Positions 26,301 to 39,535 of a DNA stretch of 64,000 nt are shown here, one piece after another. Both the position numbers and the translations under genes were made by a program. Position 1 is the stretch's first letter. The number at the start of each line of letters is the position of its first letter. The notes under the pieces are model-generated. The model did no database searches. It saw nothing but the letters and a program-made list of their open reading frames with translations, and was not told the DNA's origin. Source of the DNA: Vitrella brassicaformis CCMP3155 (taxonomy: Eukaryota; Protista; Chromerida); the NCBI GenBank assembly GCA_001179505.1, contig CDMY01000613.1, forward strand, positions 186,001 to 250,000, read 5' to 3'.

Positions 26301-26947
26301 AACACCGATGCCAGAAGGTCCTCGCCAAAACCAACAGGGGCCTGGCGGCAAAGCAGAGAAACGACCAAGGGAGAATGGGTCGCGTCGTTCGTGTGCTGTG
26401 TGTGCCTGTGTGCGCTACCTTCTTGTTGCAATCCCACCGCTGCGGATATACAACACCGACACAGCACACAGCCGACCCGAGCACCCCACCAAAAACAGAC
26501 GTCAACCAGTGGGTCCGTCCAGGGAGCTGAGCCTTTGTTGTGTGAGGTGTATTGTGCCTGCCTACCACGGGCGTCGATGCGTTCGAGTTTGTGGTCTTGT
26601 TGGTCTGGTAAGGCACCACTTGCTCATACTGCTCCCCCCTCCCGCCCGCCTCCCTCATGTGGAGATCCATCCCCTCACGCAGAGTGCCCTCCCTCATGTA
26701 GAAGACGTGTGGGACGATGCTGACCACCTCGGCCTTGACCCACACGTAGTCCTCAGTGGGAGCCCTCTTGGTGGTCGACATCAGCAACACACGAGTGCCC
26801 TCCTGATAACGACTACTTGCGCAGCATGGCGTCGCCTGATGAAACCGGCAAACACACACATCGTTTGCAATGGCAGTCTACGGTAGCCGTGCCTTGACTC
26901 ACCTCCGCCCGAGGGCGAGAGGCAGATGACGAAGCTGCCGCTCCCAT
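23387..26947 (-). CDS. Putatively N-myristoylated F-box-like family protein with an FG-rich insert, multi-exon
   Basis: Starts MGAAASSSASRPRAE|ATPCC. F-box-like EDLLASVFGFLSPRELSAL (~26300), FG-rich exon (25393-26090), then family core HQQTHVAI...FWENMTPEEAFGLGRGLVNLTAL...WCLDSMIAIVEG...HMAEGSLETI, ending ...VEATRLS*. It could be two genes. Confidence 0.65.
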
Positions 26948-27172
26948 GGCTACACTCAAACACGGCAGAGGAGAAGAGCACAGAGGCGTGCTTTGCTCTC
27001 ATCCTTCCCTCCCGGCGAGATCATCTCTCCTCCTTCCTCCTTTGCCGAGCAGAATGGTTTACACGAGATGGTATTTTTCCCTCGGCCAATTGCCCTCGTC
27101 TATTGGACGCTGGTCTCCCAGGCCTGGCGGCCGACGTGTGTGACGCTAACAACCCAACCCAACCACCTTCCC

Positions 27173-27225
27173 TTTAGGGTTTCGCACTTCAGGGTTTGGG
27201 GTCTAGGGTTCAAGTGCGAGCTCAA
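27173..27225. promoter_or_regulatory. Telo-box-like repeats plus a TGCGAGCTC motif in a divergent promoter
   Basis: TTTAGGGTTT (27173), TTCAGGGTTT (27188), CTAGGGTT (27203) and TGCGAGCTCAA (27215). Confidence 0.5.
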
Positions 27226-27406
27226 ATAGCCCCAAGCGAAGAAGAGACAAACAGGTAGGATAAAGAAGCATAAAGAAGCATCGGCAGACACAGTCGTGCT
27301 ATCGGTCTGGGAGATCTCTCCGTTTGCTGATCACTCCAATTGCCAGGACTGCTGCTGCTGAGCCTCAAAGTCAGCTCATCTAGCCACGCACGAGCTGTCC
27401 ATCGAG

Positions 27407-27922
27407 ATGTTATCGTTCCTGATGACCCCGCTCTACTACGTCATGCTGTCGGCTTTCATCTCGTTCCTCTTTCTGTGCTTCGCACCTCTAAAGATGAAGT
27501 AGGCAGCCATGCAGGTCGACCAGACAGACCCACCAGCCACGCGTGTGGCTCGTGGCGTCTGTTCTGTGGCTGTGGCTGTGTGCACTGCAGGCGGGAGGCG
27601 GCCTCCTTCTTCGGGCAGAGCAACATCCAGACGGCCTTGGCTGCTCTCTCCGTGGTGGGTGAGCGATGAGAGGAGAGAAGAGCACGCTGTTCGCTTCGGC
27701 TCGCTGTGTGCTGTCTTGAGGACTGCTGTGTGTCCGTCTGTCGTGCAGGTGTGGTTTGTGGTGTGGTGTGTGTCGATGAACGAGTGGAAGAGCGCGTGGA
27801 CGGAGTCGCCCAGCTTCGAGGACAAGGCGTCCTACTGGCGGTCTCAGCGGAATCTGTATATTGCTGCCTGCGGGTTCGTCTGCACCGTCGGCATATCGCG
27901 GCTCAGCTCCCTTATCAAGTGA
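27407..27922 (+). CDS. BAP31: BAP31/Yet-like ER membrane protein (N-terminal TM domain only), 3 exons
   Basis: Three hydrophobic segments and the Bap31 signature YWRSQRNLYIAACGF. Stop follows ...RLSSLIK. Confidence 0.75.
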
Positions 27923-28270
27923 AGTGGACTGACGACTGGTGACGGACGGATGGCCTTAGTTGGTCGTGATGGGATGGGATAGATTGATGGATGGCATCTT
28001 CTGTGCCAGCCTTCATGCTTCGGACTTGTTTGTGTGAGCTCAGCTTTTTTGGTGAATTCGGTGGGGAGGGGGGAGGGAGGGAGGGAGGAACACATTTGTG
28101 CGGCCGGCGATGTGACCGTCCAATGCAATTTAGACACCCGTTAATCAAAGTGTCATTCCTGCCATGAAGCCGTGTTCACAACTATCCATCCATCCATCCA
28201 GACAAGCCAATGAATCCCGCTGCACCACACACAAACTTCTCCTCACCCCCGCCCCGCCCCTCTTGTGTGG

Positions 28271-31200
28271 CTAGGTCGATGGCCCGGCCGATGGCGGCCC
28301 TGCACTGTCATCCGGGTTGCCGCTGCCTCGTCCACCACCACCACCACTCCCGCCCCCATTCCTCCGCTCCTGCTCGGCCGACCACGCCGGCTTGTTCATG
28401 TGCGCACCTCGGCCCAGCGCTACCAGTATCCCCCGCCCAGCTGCTCGCGCACGAGCAGCCGCCGAAGGGCCACTCAGGGCAGAGCTGCTGTTGCTGCTGG
28501 TGTTGCTGGGCTGAATGGACGGATCCGGGAGAGGGGGCCTGGGTGAGTCGATGTCCACGAAATTATCGTCTGGCGCGCGGGTCGTGGGTGGCTCGGGAAC
28601 ATGTGACGCAGGGTCGGCGATAGCGATGGCGCGGCTGCCGGGCTGCCCACCACCACCACCACCACTGGGACCGTCTTGCTGTCTCCTGCTGGTGCCATCA
28701 GGGTGCATACGACGATACATCTCGTAGGTCTCGAACAGCCGCTGGCGCCTCGCACGTGCCTCGGCTCGGTCTCTATAGCGGCTCGGCGCCGGGGATCCCC
28801 ACTCGTCACCCATTTCGGGGTTGGGGGTGGGCGTCGGGGTGGGGGCGCGGCGCGGCTCTCGGTCGGGAGGGGAGTTTGCCACCTGGTTGCCGCTGCCGCC
28901 TCCTCCCCGTTGTTCTCCGGAAGGCGCCACTGGCTGGTTGTGGACGCGACGACGCTCGCGAGCCGCCTCCCTGTCCTGTCGGCGGCCCGCGGCCTCCTCC
29001 TGTCGGAGGCTATCGAGAAAGGCATCCTCACGTCGCGCCTGTCGCTCCTCCCTTATCCGGTCCCTCTCTCTGTCGAAGGCGGCGCTGGCGATGCGGATGC
29101 GCTCACGGCCGTACTCAGCGATGGCCTGCAGCTCCTCCATGTGCCGCTGTGCGTAGGCCCGTCGCTCCGCCATCCGCTGCCGCCTCGCACGTTCTGCACG
29201 CTCCTCAGGACTGGCCGAGGGGTCGTCAGGGTCGTTGTCAGGATCTGGATCATCAGTCACTGATGGACAGCAACCGGCACACACACACACACACACAGTG
29301 GGTGGAGCGTATGGACGGCTGACTGATTGACTGACGTTAGTGAGTGGGTGAGCCAACTCACCGTTCGCCAGCTGTGCGAGTGGGCCGAGCAGTTCGCTGG
29401 GGACGTCATCATGTCGGCTGGATGGGCCGGATGGCGGGGGCGGGGGTGCACGGGTCATCGGCGGTGGGTAGTCGAGAGGCGTCGGCCAGTCGTCGAAGTC
29501 CCGGCGGCGACGACGGGAGGGCAGAAAGAAGGGGCGATACTCCCCCGGCCCCCCCATCACATCACCACCGCCTCGGGACGCAGCGGCCGACGGATGCCGC
29601 GCCTGACACACCGGATGGGATGGATGGACGGAGAGATTCACACGACACAACACAACACAACGCAACACAGCACAAGAGATGCTGTGGGTGTGAGAATGGT
29701 TTGGTTGCAGAGGGAGGTGTGTGCGTACCGCAGCTTGGTGTAGGTTGAGACGGCAGAGTGGGCAGCTGGCGTGCTTCTCGAGCCACTCATCCAGGCACCA
29801 CACTGACAACAGACAGACAGACAGCCAGACAGGTACATCGCATCGAGTGCTGTCACACGAGTGCGTGGCTCTACTGCGCGAGCGGCTTGGTGCCTACTGT
29901 GGTATTTGTGTCCGCATTCATCCACTCGTCTGAGCTGTGCCAGTACATGCATCTCCTCGTGGCATATCGCACACACCTGCCAAGCCAGCCCCGCCAGCCA
30001 ACACAACACGACACGACACGACAACCAAACCACAACCAAATACACACCACACATGTTCTCCCTCTCAGTCATCCCTCACTCACCTGTTTGTCGTTGCCAT
30101 CCTCCTGGCCCGTCCCCTTCTTATCCTCCCCACCAGCGCCCTCTGACACAGCAGCGGCAGCCGCACCACCACCACCACCACTAGCACCACCACCAGCACC
30201 ACTGGCAGATGCGGCCGCCGGTGCAGTCTCACTGCTCTCGCCCCCACCCTTGTCCTTGTCCTTATCGCCCCCCCCACCAGCTGATGACTGTGAGGACGGC
30301 TTGGCTGGCGCAGGGAAGTCTGCAAAGCGGTCAGGGTGTTTCGTCCAGAAGTCGTGCACGGCGTCCTCGGCCAAGGTGGCGCCATTCACCACTACCGATG
30401 TGGCCTTGCGGATCTCACTGGACACAGCAGGGACACAGCAGGCATAGCGAAACACGTGTTTGTACTCAGTCATTGTGTCCTCTCTCTCTGTCTGTCTGTC
30501 TGTCTGCTTGTCCACTGTCGCTTACGCAAAAGTGAGAGGCATATCAGGTCGCATGAAGAGCCGCGGCCTCATGTCAATGTCCGGGCGGTGCCTCAGCGAG
30601 GTGGGCTCCTCGGCAGCCACCACCCGTGCACCCGCCCCAGTGGCCATATTGCGCGCCCGCCATCTCTGCCGCGCCTCAAGCCGCCCCTGCTCCCATATCG
30701 ATGCCCCCCGATCTCTCTCCCGCCCCTCCCACGCCCTTGGCCGCCCGCCAAACCGAGGCACGTCGTCCATGCTATCGTCGTCACGGTCATCCGGGGGAGG
30801 CCGTCGCCGCAGGACATCCATGAAGTGAGCCCCCCGCCCCCGCCGCTCTGGAGGCGGGCTTGGGGGCGCGTCCATCAGGAAATCAGACGGACGGTATTGA
30901 AATTGCGGTTCGCGCATCTCTGCCAGTGCACGATCCGCAAGAGGAAGTGTGTCGATGTCGACTTGGGGAGGCGCACTGTCTCCGGCCTCGCTGCCGATGG
31001 ACTCAGGGGGTGACGGCGGGACGGGGGAGGGCGACGGCCTGGGCAGGTCCTCCGAGGTGATCCTCCCAGCGTCTGCAGCAGCCTGGTCCATCATCTGGTG
31101 GGCGGCGGTCTCCCCCCAGCGCGGCCCGTGTTGCTGATGGTCGGGTCGTTGGAAGAAGTTCATCATCTCCGAAAAGATCCGCTCTGCTCCCCAGTTCCGT

Positions 31201-31835
31201 CCCCCAGTGGCAGGCTGGTTGGCCGTCGACGGGGCCCCTTCCGGCTGGTGGTGCCCCTCTGTCGCCGCACTCGCAGCAGCCGCAGCTCCGTTGGCGCTGG
31301 TGCTCGCCGCTGGCGGGTCGGCCTCCACCATCAACGAAACATGGGCCGAGAGAGGGCTCTCGGCATGATGCGATGACGAAGGTGGTGGGGCAGCGCTCTC
31401 GCTGATCCGCAGACGCACCTCTCCACCATTATTCAGGTCGGTCCGTCGTGCGGGCGGAGGTGTCGGTCTCGGCCGCGGTGTCGGCGGCCGATCCAGCCGG
31501 GCCGATGGCCGAGGGCTCTCACGCAAGGGCACATTCTGGATGCGACGCCTCTCACGTGCTGGTGCCTCCCCACCGACATGGTGGCCGGACGGCCCGGCTT
31601 CGGCCGGCGGTGGAACGGTGCCAGTGGCGACTCGCATGTCCGGCTGGCGCAAGACGGGCACACGCACGGCGCGGTTGTCGGATGGCGACGCTGGCTCGGG
31701 GAAGGGAGGGACGGCTGGCCATGGAGAGAAGGAGTCGGGGAGCTGGGCTGGTGGCGATGCTGGTCGGAGAGCGATGACCACGGGGGATGAGGTGTCCTCG
31801 TTGGGTCCCTCGCCCTCGGGAGCCGACGAACTCAT
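28271..31835 (-). CDS. RING-H2 E3 ubiquitin ligase with long disordered flanks
   Basis: Spliced RING: VCAICHEEMHVLAQLRRVDECGHKYH|MWCLDEWLEKHASCPLC (C3H2C3). Long Pro/Arg-rich N- and C-terminal exons (ORFs 30522-31835 and 28271-29809). Confidence 0.88.
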
Positions 31836-32068
31836 GCTCCGCTATGCTGTGCGACGATGGCGATGATCAGATGCAAATCAGATGCGCCGAGATGTCCTGC
31901 CGACGCACATCCCTACTTGGTCCGACAGGAGTAGAAACACCAGTAAAGGCCGCAGTGATCGATAAGCATACGATGTCCCTCCTTCCATTTCCATCTCTCT
32001 GGGAGCTAGAAAGCTCGCAAAAGTGGTATGGCCGGCCTCCTTCTCCAGGCGCATAGGTGTGGTTTACA

Positions 32069-34800
32069 ATGTGTACATCGCGAGAATACGTCTGCGGCGA
32101 CTTTCGGGTGTTTGAGCAGGGTGAGAAACACACGATAGAAGCGACGAAAGCAAGCGGGTGGACGAAAGGCCGTATCAGGGATCTATTCTCTGTGGAGTGT
32201 GCTGCGTGTGTTCCATTTGTCGATGCAGAACTGACTCGTTTGGACGGCAGTGTCGAAGTGAAGCTGACTGAGGTGAGTGATAACATGGGCTCTCTGTCCA
32301 GGCAGACACCCTCTGCTCTCTCTCTCTCTCTCTGTGTTTGCTTTGCCTTGTGAAGACGGTCAGCTCTGAAGAGGGGGATGATCTGTTCCTGGCCTATCCC
32401 ATAGAGGTGGGCGCTCACAAGCAAAGCAACCAACAGCCCAGCACAGCCCATACTGCTTCTTGCCTGCCTGCCTGCCTCTTGCATCCTTTCTGGCCTGTCT
32501 GTTTGATGTGATGTGATGTGATGTGATGTGATGTGATGTGATGATCGGTCAGTGTGACGTGCCATCGCTGACGTGGGTGCGTGACGAGGATGGGTTCATG
32601 GCGGTGCCCCAGTGCGAGGCGTGGGCCACCACGGCGGCAGACACGGCCTTCATCGAGCTGTCCAACGACTGGTGGGTGGCCATGAGATACCACTTCGACC
32701 CGCTCATACGCAGATACCTCCACTTCGCATCATTCGGTCAGTCAGGCAGTCAGTGGGGTGGGGAACACACGTGTGTGTGGTGGGAATGAGAGAGAGACGA
32801 GTGTGTGTGGATGTGTGTGTGTGTGTGTGTGTGTGCAGCTCGTGGTTTCTTTCGCGTGTTCATTCTGCCTGTGTTTGCTGACGAGTACGCCCGCATTGTA
32901 GTGGTGACGCATTTCCACAAGCTGCGTGAGCTGACGTGCACGATGCCTGAGGACAAGACAGACTACGACACCATCGCTCTGCTCAAGCAGTGCATACTCG
33001 GTCACAAACACACACACACACACACACACACAGAGTGAATGATGCACCACTTTGCTCTCCGTGTGTGCGTCTCGTATCAGCCCCGTGTGTGGGCGAGTGG
33101 CCGTCCCTCCCCCTCCCCCTATTAGACCCCTCGCCCTCGCCCCCGCCCCACTCCGCCCCAGCAGCAGCATCAGAGGACATCTCGCTCTTTCCCCATCAGC
33201 AGGCCACAGTGGACTGGATGATTGCCACCGAGCGGGCCGACCCAGGCCAGCTCGGCAAGCTCGAGAGGCGGCTGCCGGACGAGTACGGCCACTGCTTCTC
33301 ATTCCACACAGAGGAGGTGCCGCTCAAGCACAACTCGCAGAAGCCGTGGCTGTCCAACAATCGGAACGGTCGTCGGGCGGAGATCTGTCGGCCGCGGGGC
33401 GGCATGATATGCCACCCTGTGGGGGCGGGCAAGACCGTCATTGCCGCAAGCGTGATAGCCAACAACTCGCGGGAGGGCAAGAAGACGCTCGTGTTCGTGC
33501 CGGACCATCTGGTGGGCTGGGGAGGGGGGGGGTGGTGGGATCGTGCAATGGGTCGGGGCCCAAAAGCTGACTGACGTCACGCATTCATGGCATTTGTCGT
33601 CATTGTCTGTCTTCCGTGTCAGGCTGGGCAGTGGATGCGCGAGCTGCTGCGTGTGATCCATCCCTCGTCATGTCCGTCGGAAGACCACCCCTCCGGCCCT
33701 GCCGAGGGCGCCCCTCCCTCTCCGCGCGACCCCAGCCTCTCCCCGCTGCCATTGCTCGACCCCTACGGTCCTGCTGAGGAGGCCAAGCCGTGTGGTGGGG
33801 GCCTGCGGGTGGTCATGTACCATAGCGACGGATACCGACCTGGTCAGTCTGTCAGGCATCGTGGCTAGATGAATCCATTCCATTGACGGCAGTGCATGGC
33901 ATGCGGTGGTTTCTTGTGTGTGTGTCCATTAGAGGACGGTCATGCGGATCACGAGTTGGAGGACGACATGTTCGACGAGGAGGACTTGGAGAACTTCGAT
34001 CTCCTGCAGCTCTTCGAGAGCGACAATCCACACCCACACCTGCCACACACAGCAACACCCACACCCACACGAACACCACTGCCCCACTCGCCACCATTCC
34101 ACCCTCATCCACACCCACATGACGCCTCGTCGCCCCGCTCGTGTCTGCCCAAGCTTGACAGGCACGGCCGAGTGTCGCTGGACCGGAGCTCGTCGTCGTC
34201 TGCGGTGTGGTTCAGCAACGAGGTGGATGGTGCGGACGTGATAGTGGTGCCTTACGGGATGCTGCGGCGGTTCTTCAAGAGGGAGGGGTACAAGATGATT
34301 AGGGACAGGGCGCTGGAGAGGGTCGTCATCGACGAGCCGCAGGATATTCTTGGTCAGGCAGACAGCGAACGAGGGGCGATGGAGGGGAGGGGAGGGGAGG
34401 GGACGGGGATGTGGGAAGAATGTGTTCTGTGTGGTGTGGTCCTTCCTGTCTGAGTGCAGATCCGTCGTCTAAGTCCAGTGGTATGCTGTTCAGCCTGCTG
34501 CTGACGTTCTGCGACCCCCAGCAGCAGGACCAGCCCTTCTCAAGGTCACAAGAAACAAAGAAAGCCCTCGCACCAGTGCCATGCCATGCATTCCTGTGCA
34601 CAATATATTCCCCTCTGTCTGTCTGTCTGTCTGTGTGTGTCTGTGTGCGTTAAGGTGGATTCTGACGGCGACGCCGATGATCTGTCTCGACCCGCTGCTC
34701 ATGCTGGCCATCGGCTTCCGCATCACGCCCGCATTCGCTGCGGCCATCCGGGCCGACTTCATCAGAAAGTCCGTACGCCACACCTCCAGACACACGCACA

Positions 34801-34835
<35 letters not shown>

Positions 34836-37808
34836 GTGCTGTATGGTGTGCATGTGGTTATGCGGGTCATTCAGATGTTGTGTGCGGAATCCGCTGTCTG
34901 AGTGCCTGGTGCCTCCCCCGATCCACTTCCACATGCTGCCGGTGACCCTCACGCTGGAGGAGACCTCCTCCGTCCTCTACCACGCCATGACCACACAGAC
35001 ACTGCAGACAATGGTCAGTCCAACCACAACCACACCAATGACGCACGTTTCCCTCCTGTGTGGGGGTGTGTGCAGGTGCGTGTGTGTTCCGAGGGTCCGA
35101 TGAGTCTGCACCAGACGCCCCCTGAGGAGGAGAGCTCCATCCTCAAGAAGGCTGCCAGGAAGTTCGGCTCGGCGTCGGACTGGTACACGTCGCGCAAGAC
35201 CGCCACACTGAGAGCCATTGCGGTGAGTGAGTGAATGAGTTGGCGGACGATTGGTGCCCCTATACGGCCATTGCTGTTTGGGTGTCCTGGTGTGTGTCGG
35301 TCAGGCATTGCGTCGCGAGCTGAGTGAGATCGAGAAGACCATCGAAGCGTCGGAGAATCTGTCCAATCTTGTCGAGGTGAGAACGTCCACCTCATGTGTT
35401 CTGTGGGGATGCGCGGCCATTTTGTTGTTCGTTTGTGTGTGTGTGCGTGTGTGTGTGTAGGATGGGGACATTGGTTATCCTGAGGGCGACACTGACGACG
35501 ACCCCGACCTGCCTGAGTGGGTGGAGGAGGACGACAGACACATCATCTTCAGGCGGGACCAGCTGCTCAGATCCCTCAGGGAGAAGGACAGATTCCTTAT
35601 ATTCATGGTCAGTGTCAGTCGGGGGGGCACGGAACAAACACATCACACACACACAACCACACACGCCATTTCTGCCGCCATTGATCTTAATCAGGACCAC
35701 GTGATGCTGACGCTGGAGGGCGACGCATCCCACCGGCCCCCACACCCACACCCACACCCACAGCCATCACCCCCCTCTCCCCTCACACACCACACCCACA
35801 CCCACACCCCCAGGCACAGCAAGCGGCACTCGCACAAGAGCAGTCAGTCGCGCACATCCGACTCGACGCCCCCCTCCCAGCACCCAGCCCCCGCCCCCTC
35901 CCCATCGGATGACATGGACCTGCCATTGATGCCGCTGCCAGAGGCCCATCCAGAGGGGATCTTGGCGTCTGAGAGAAATAGAGACAGGGATGAGGATGGT
36001 GGGAGGAGCTCGCCGAGGAGGGACAAGGGGCGCACTCGGGGCGGCTGGCGAGGGGGGTCGTCGCCGCGCGTGGCTGCTGCTGCCTCTGCTGCGGCGCCAT
36101 CTGGTGCCGGAGAGGCTGTCGTCGCCTCTAGTGTTGCTGGTTCTCCGTGTGGCGTGACTGAGAGCGACGTCAAGGCCGCAGGTATGTTAATGAGCATGGG
36201 AGCAATCGCATGCTGATTGATCGATCCACTGATGGTTGTGTGACGTCTTGACGTCTTGTGCAGCGTGTTGCATCTGTTTCGAGGGCGTGGCTCAGAAGGG
36301 CGCCGTGACGGTGCTGCCCTGCTTGCATTGGGTGTGCAGACACTGCTCCGCAAGACTGGTCGACGAACAGGTAACCAACACACGACACACATAGCACATG
36401 GCACACATGGCACACATGGCACAAGAAGCACCACCACCACAACCATCGCTCTCTCTCTCTCTCTCTCTCCCCCTTTATCTCTCTGTGCAGGCCAAGATTC
36501 GTTGCCCGATGTGCCGGAGCGTGTCTGCAGTGCGGATGGCCTGCACCTTCACAGTGGGGCCCAAGCCAGGACACACACCCAGCGGCCGGCACTCCCATGG
36601 ACATGGCCAGGGACATGGACAGGGCAGTGCGCCGTCATCGCTGGGCGAGTGCAGCACCAAGATCGGCTACCTGTGTCTGACCATACGGCAGCTGCTCGAA
36701 CAGACGGATGACAAGTGCATCGTATTCGCTCAGGTCAGCGGAGAAAAGGGCTCTTGAAAGATGGCCGTGTGGAGGAAGGGCATTTCCTGTCTCTCTCTCT
36801 CTCTCTCTCTCTGTGATGTTCAGTGGCAGAGCTTGCTCGAGTCGATAAGAGCGGCCCTGACTCTTGCGTGTGGCAATGAGTCGGTGCTGATGCTGGGCGA
36901 GGGCATGTCGATCCGCGAGCGCATCACCGTCCTGGACCGGTTCTGCCTGCGACACCCACACCCACACCAGCATCAGCACCACCCCACCCACCCCAGCAGC
37001 AGCAGAACCGCATCAGGCACACCATCGCCCGTATTCCGGCCCCTCCCGTCGCCCACACTCACCCACGCGCAGTCCCCGCCAGCATCCTCCTCTTCCTTTG
37101 CGTGTGGTGCTGCCGCTGCTGCGGCATCGAGCAGCAGCAGCACCAGCAGCTCGTTCCGCCACCGAATCTTACTGCTATCGTCGGAGCAGCACGCTTCAGG
37201 TGGGTGAGGGAGGCCCGTGCTGTGGTGGCTGTCAAGCGTGTGTGCTGTACATGTCTCTCTCTCTCTCTCTCTCTCCCTCCCTCTGTGTGTCTTTGTGGCG
37301 TAGGTGCGTCGCTGCACATAGCGAACCACATCTTCATCGTGCACCCCTACTGCGGGTCCGAGGCGTGTGCCGTCGACTGCGTCCCGCTGGAGCGGGCGCT
37401 CGACTTTGAAAGACAGGCCATCGGTGAGGGAGGGAGGGAGGGAGTCAGTGATGAGTGGGAGAGAGAGTGATCACCGCACCGCCTTTTGTGGACGTGTGGT
37501 TCCGTGTGGACATGTGTCCCGGCAGGTCGTGTGCATCGGTATCCGCAGGAGAAGGAGACACACGTCTACCGCCTCTACGCACAACGGTCGGTGCGGTGCA
37601 TCAGAAGACACAATACCAACCGAGAGGGGCAGCTGGGTGGACGGAATTGTTCGTTCGTGTGGTGGGTCTGGTGTCTGGTGTCTGTCGTGTCGTGTGTGTC
37701 CCCAGGTCGATAGAGGAGGAGCTGTACGCCCGGTGGAACTGGATGCGGGCATCGCCGCCGCCGTCGAGACCACTCAGCCCCCACCATGAGGGCCACATGG
37801 AAGACTAG
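32069..37808 (+). CDS. SNF2-family helicase with inserted RING finger (Rad5/SHPRH-like), many exons
   Basis: Q motif LFPHQ, Walker A HPVGAGKT, motif Ia TLVFVPDHL|AGQWMREL, motif II VVIDEPQD, motif III WILTATP. C3HC4 RING CCICFEG...PCLHWVCRHC...|...RCPMCR. C-lobe DKCIVFAQ|WQSLL and QAI|GRVHRYPQEKETHVYRLY. Confidence 0.88.
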
Positions 37809-38486
37809 ATAGATCCACGGAGAGGAAAGGGCTGTTTTGTAGCCCCCCAGATACAAGCATGCCACGGTGGAGTGGACTCTTTTTGCGTCCAGGGAGTGTG
37901 TATGTGTGTATGTCAGCTAGCAGTCGAGTCAACGTCACCACACCACACCACACCACACTGTATAGTAGCTTCTGCCTGCCGGTCAGGGTGTGTGGACTTT
38001 TTCATCACCCCCGGGTGGGGTGGGTGCATGCCATGGCACGACAGACACCTTTTGCCGTCCGTTTTGGCCCGTCTGTCTGTCTGCCCGCCATCGATTGGTC
38101 CGCATCCATCCATCCTATATTCATCCTTCCTTCCAATCTTCCTTCTGCCTATGAGTGAGTGTAATGATGAGCAGTGTGCGCGATGGGGTGTGGCAGGGCA
38201 TCTAGTAGGCTGGGCTGCATGGGTGTCTCAACCAACCGGCTGGGCTACATGTGTTTGCATGTATGGGTGTGTGGGTGTGTGGGTATGGGGATCGGGCCAC
38301 TTTCTGTTGTTTGTGTAGAGGACAGCCGGGCTGTACAAAGCACATCACATACGGGGGGGGATGCCTGAGGTTACCGTGCGTGGGTCCTGAAAACCCTACA
38401 CCCTACAAACCCTTCCCCGATCGTTTTCTGCGAACTTTTGAAGTGGAGTTGAGATTGTAGGGCGGCAGCGGCGTTGGTTCAACAGC

Positions 38487-39503
38487 ATGTCGGTGACCGG
38501 TGGCCGCCCCCCCGAAGACGTCAACACGTTGGTCAGCCTCAAGGTGGACAACCTCGACGACCGTGTAGAGCCCGACTCCCTCAGGGATGTCTTCAAAAAG
38601 TCAGCAACCGACACCACACCACACCACACCACACAGTCCCACGGAGTAAAGTGGGAGGGAGGGAGGAGGTTTCGTGCATCCATCCTTCAATGGCATGCGC
38701 CTTGGCTGCCGTGTGCCGTCTGCCGGTGTGGTGTGCGTGCCTCTGTCTGTCTGAGCAGGTTTGGTGAGGTGGCTGACGTGTACATCCCGATTCACCCGCG
38801 CAACAACCGGCCGCGGGGCTATGGGTTCGTGAGGTTCCGTGACAAGAAGGCCGCTGACGAGGCCATAGCCGGCACCGACGGCATGGAGCTCGAAGGTGCG
38901 CACGCACATGTGGCTGGCTGAGTGGCTGAGTGGGTCTATGTCGCCCGCTGCTGTGCTGTGCTGTGCTGTGGTGTGTGCAGGTCGGAAGATCACTGTGGGT
39001 GAGGCCAAGTATGGGCGAGACGAGGGACGCAAGTAGGCACGACATACGATACCACACCCCTCCACACACACTTACGTGTGCACTCAACACCGGGGCGTAC
39101 GTAGGCGTCTTGCGCACGACAGGCTTTGCCGGCTCGACGCAGACACACGCAGACACCCAGACAAGCAGAGAGGCAGACAAGCAGCACAGTGACTGACTGA
39201 CTGGCAGATCGGATCGGCAGACTGGCAGAGTGGCCGGGTGGCAGAGTGCAGAGCAGTGCAGCGCAGCGCAGACAGGCAGTGGCCGGCTGGCTGGCTGATA
39301 AGGAGGACGCAGTGCAGTGCAGTCGGGCTGGCAGCCGGCAGAGAGACGTCCTCCACCTCCATCTGCCCACCCATAGCCATGCAGCCATCCGTCCACACAC
39401 GCAGCAGAGACGAGCAGAGCAATCCATGTGTGTGCGTGTGAGTGCCTCTGTGCACACTTGACTTGATGTCCGTAAAACACACTCACCTGTGCCTTCCTCC
39501 CTC

Positions 39504-39535
<32 letters not shown>

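Noticed and set aside
27173-27210. Telomere or chromosome-end remnant
   Set aside because: Only three degenerate, non-tandem units inside a promoter. Treated as telo-box-like motifs instead.
9689-37808. Functional ubiquitin-system cluster (E2, two F-box-like, two RING, WD40)
   Set aside because: These are very large families in eukaryotes, so co-occurrence within 28 kb is plausible by chance, and nothing in the sequence links them.
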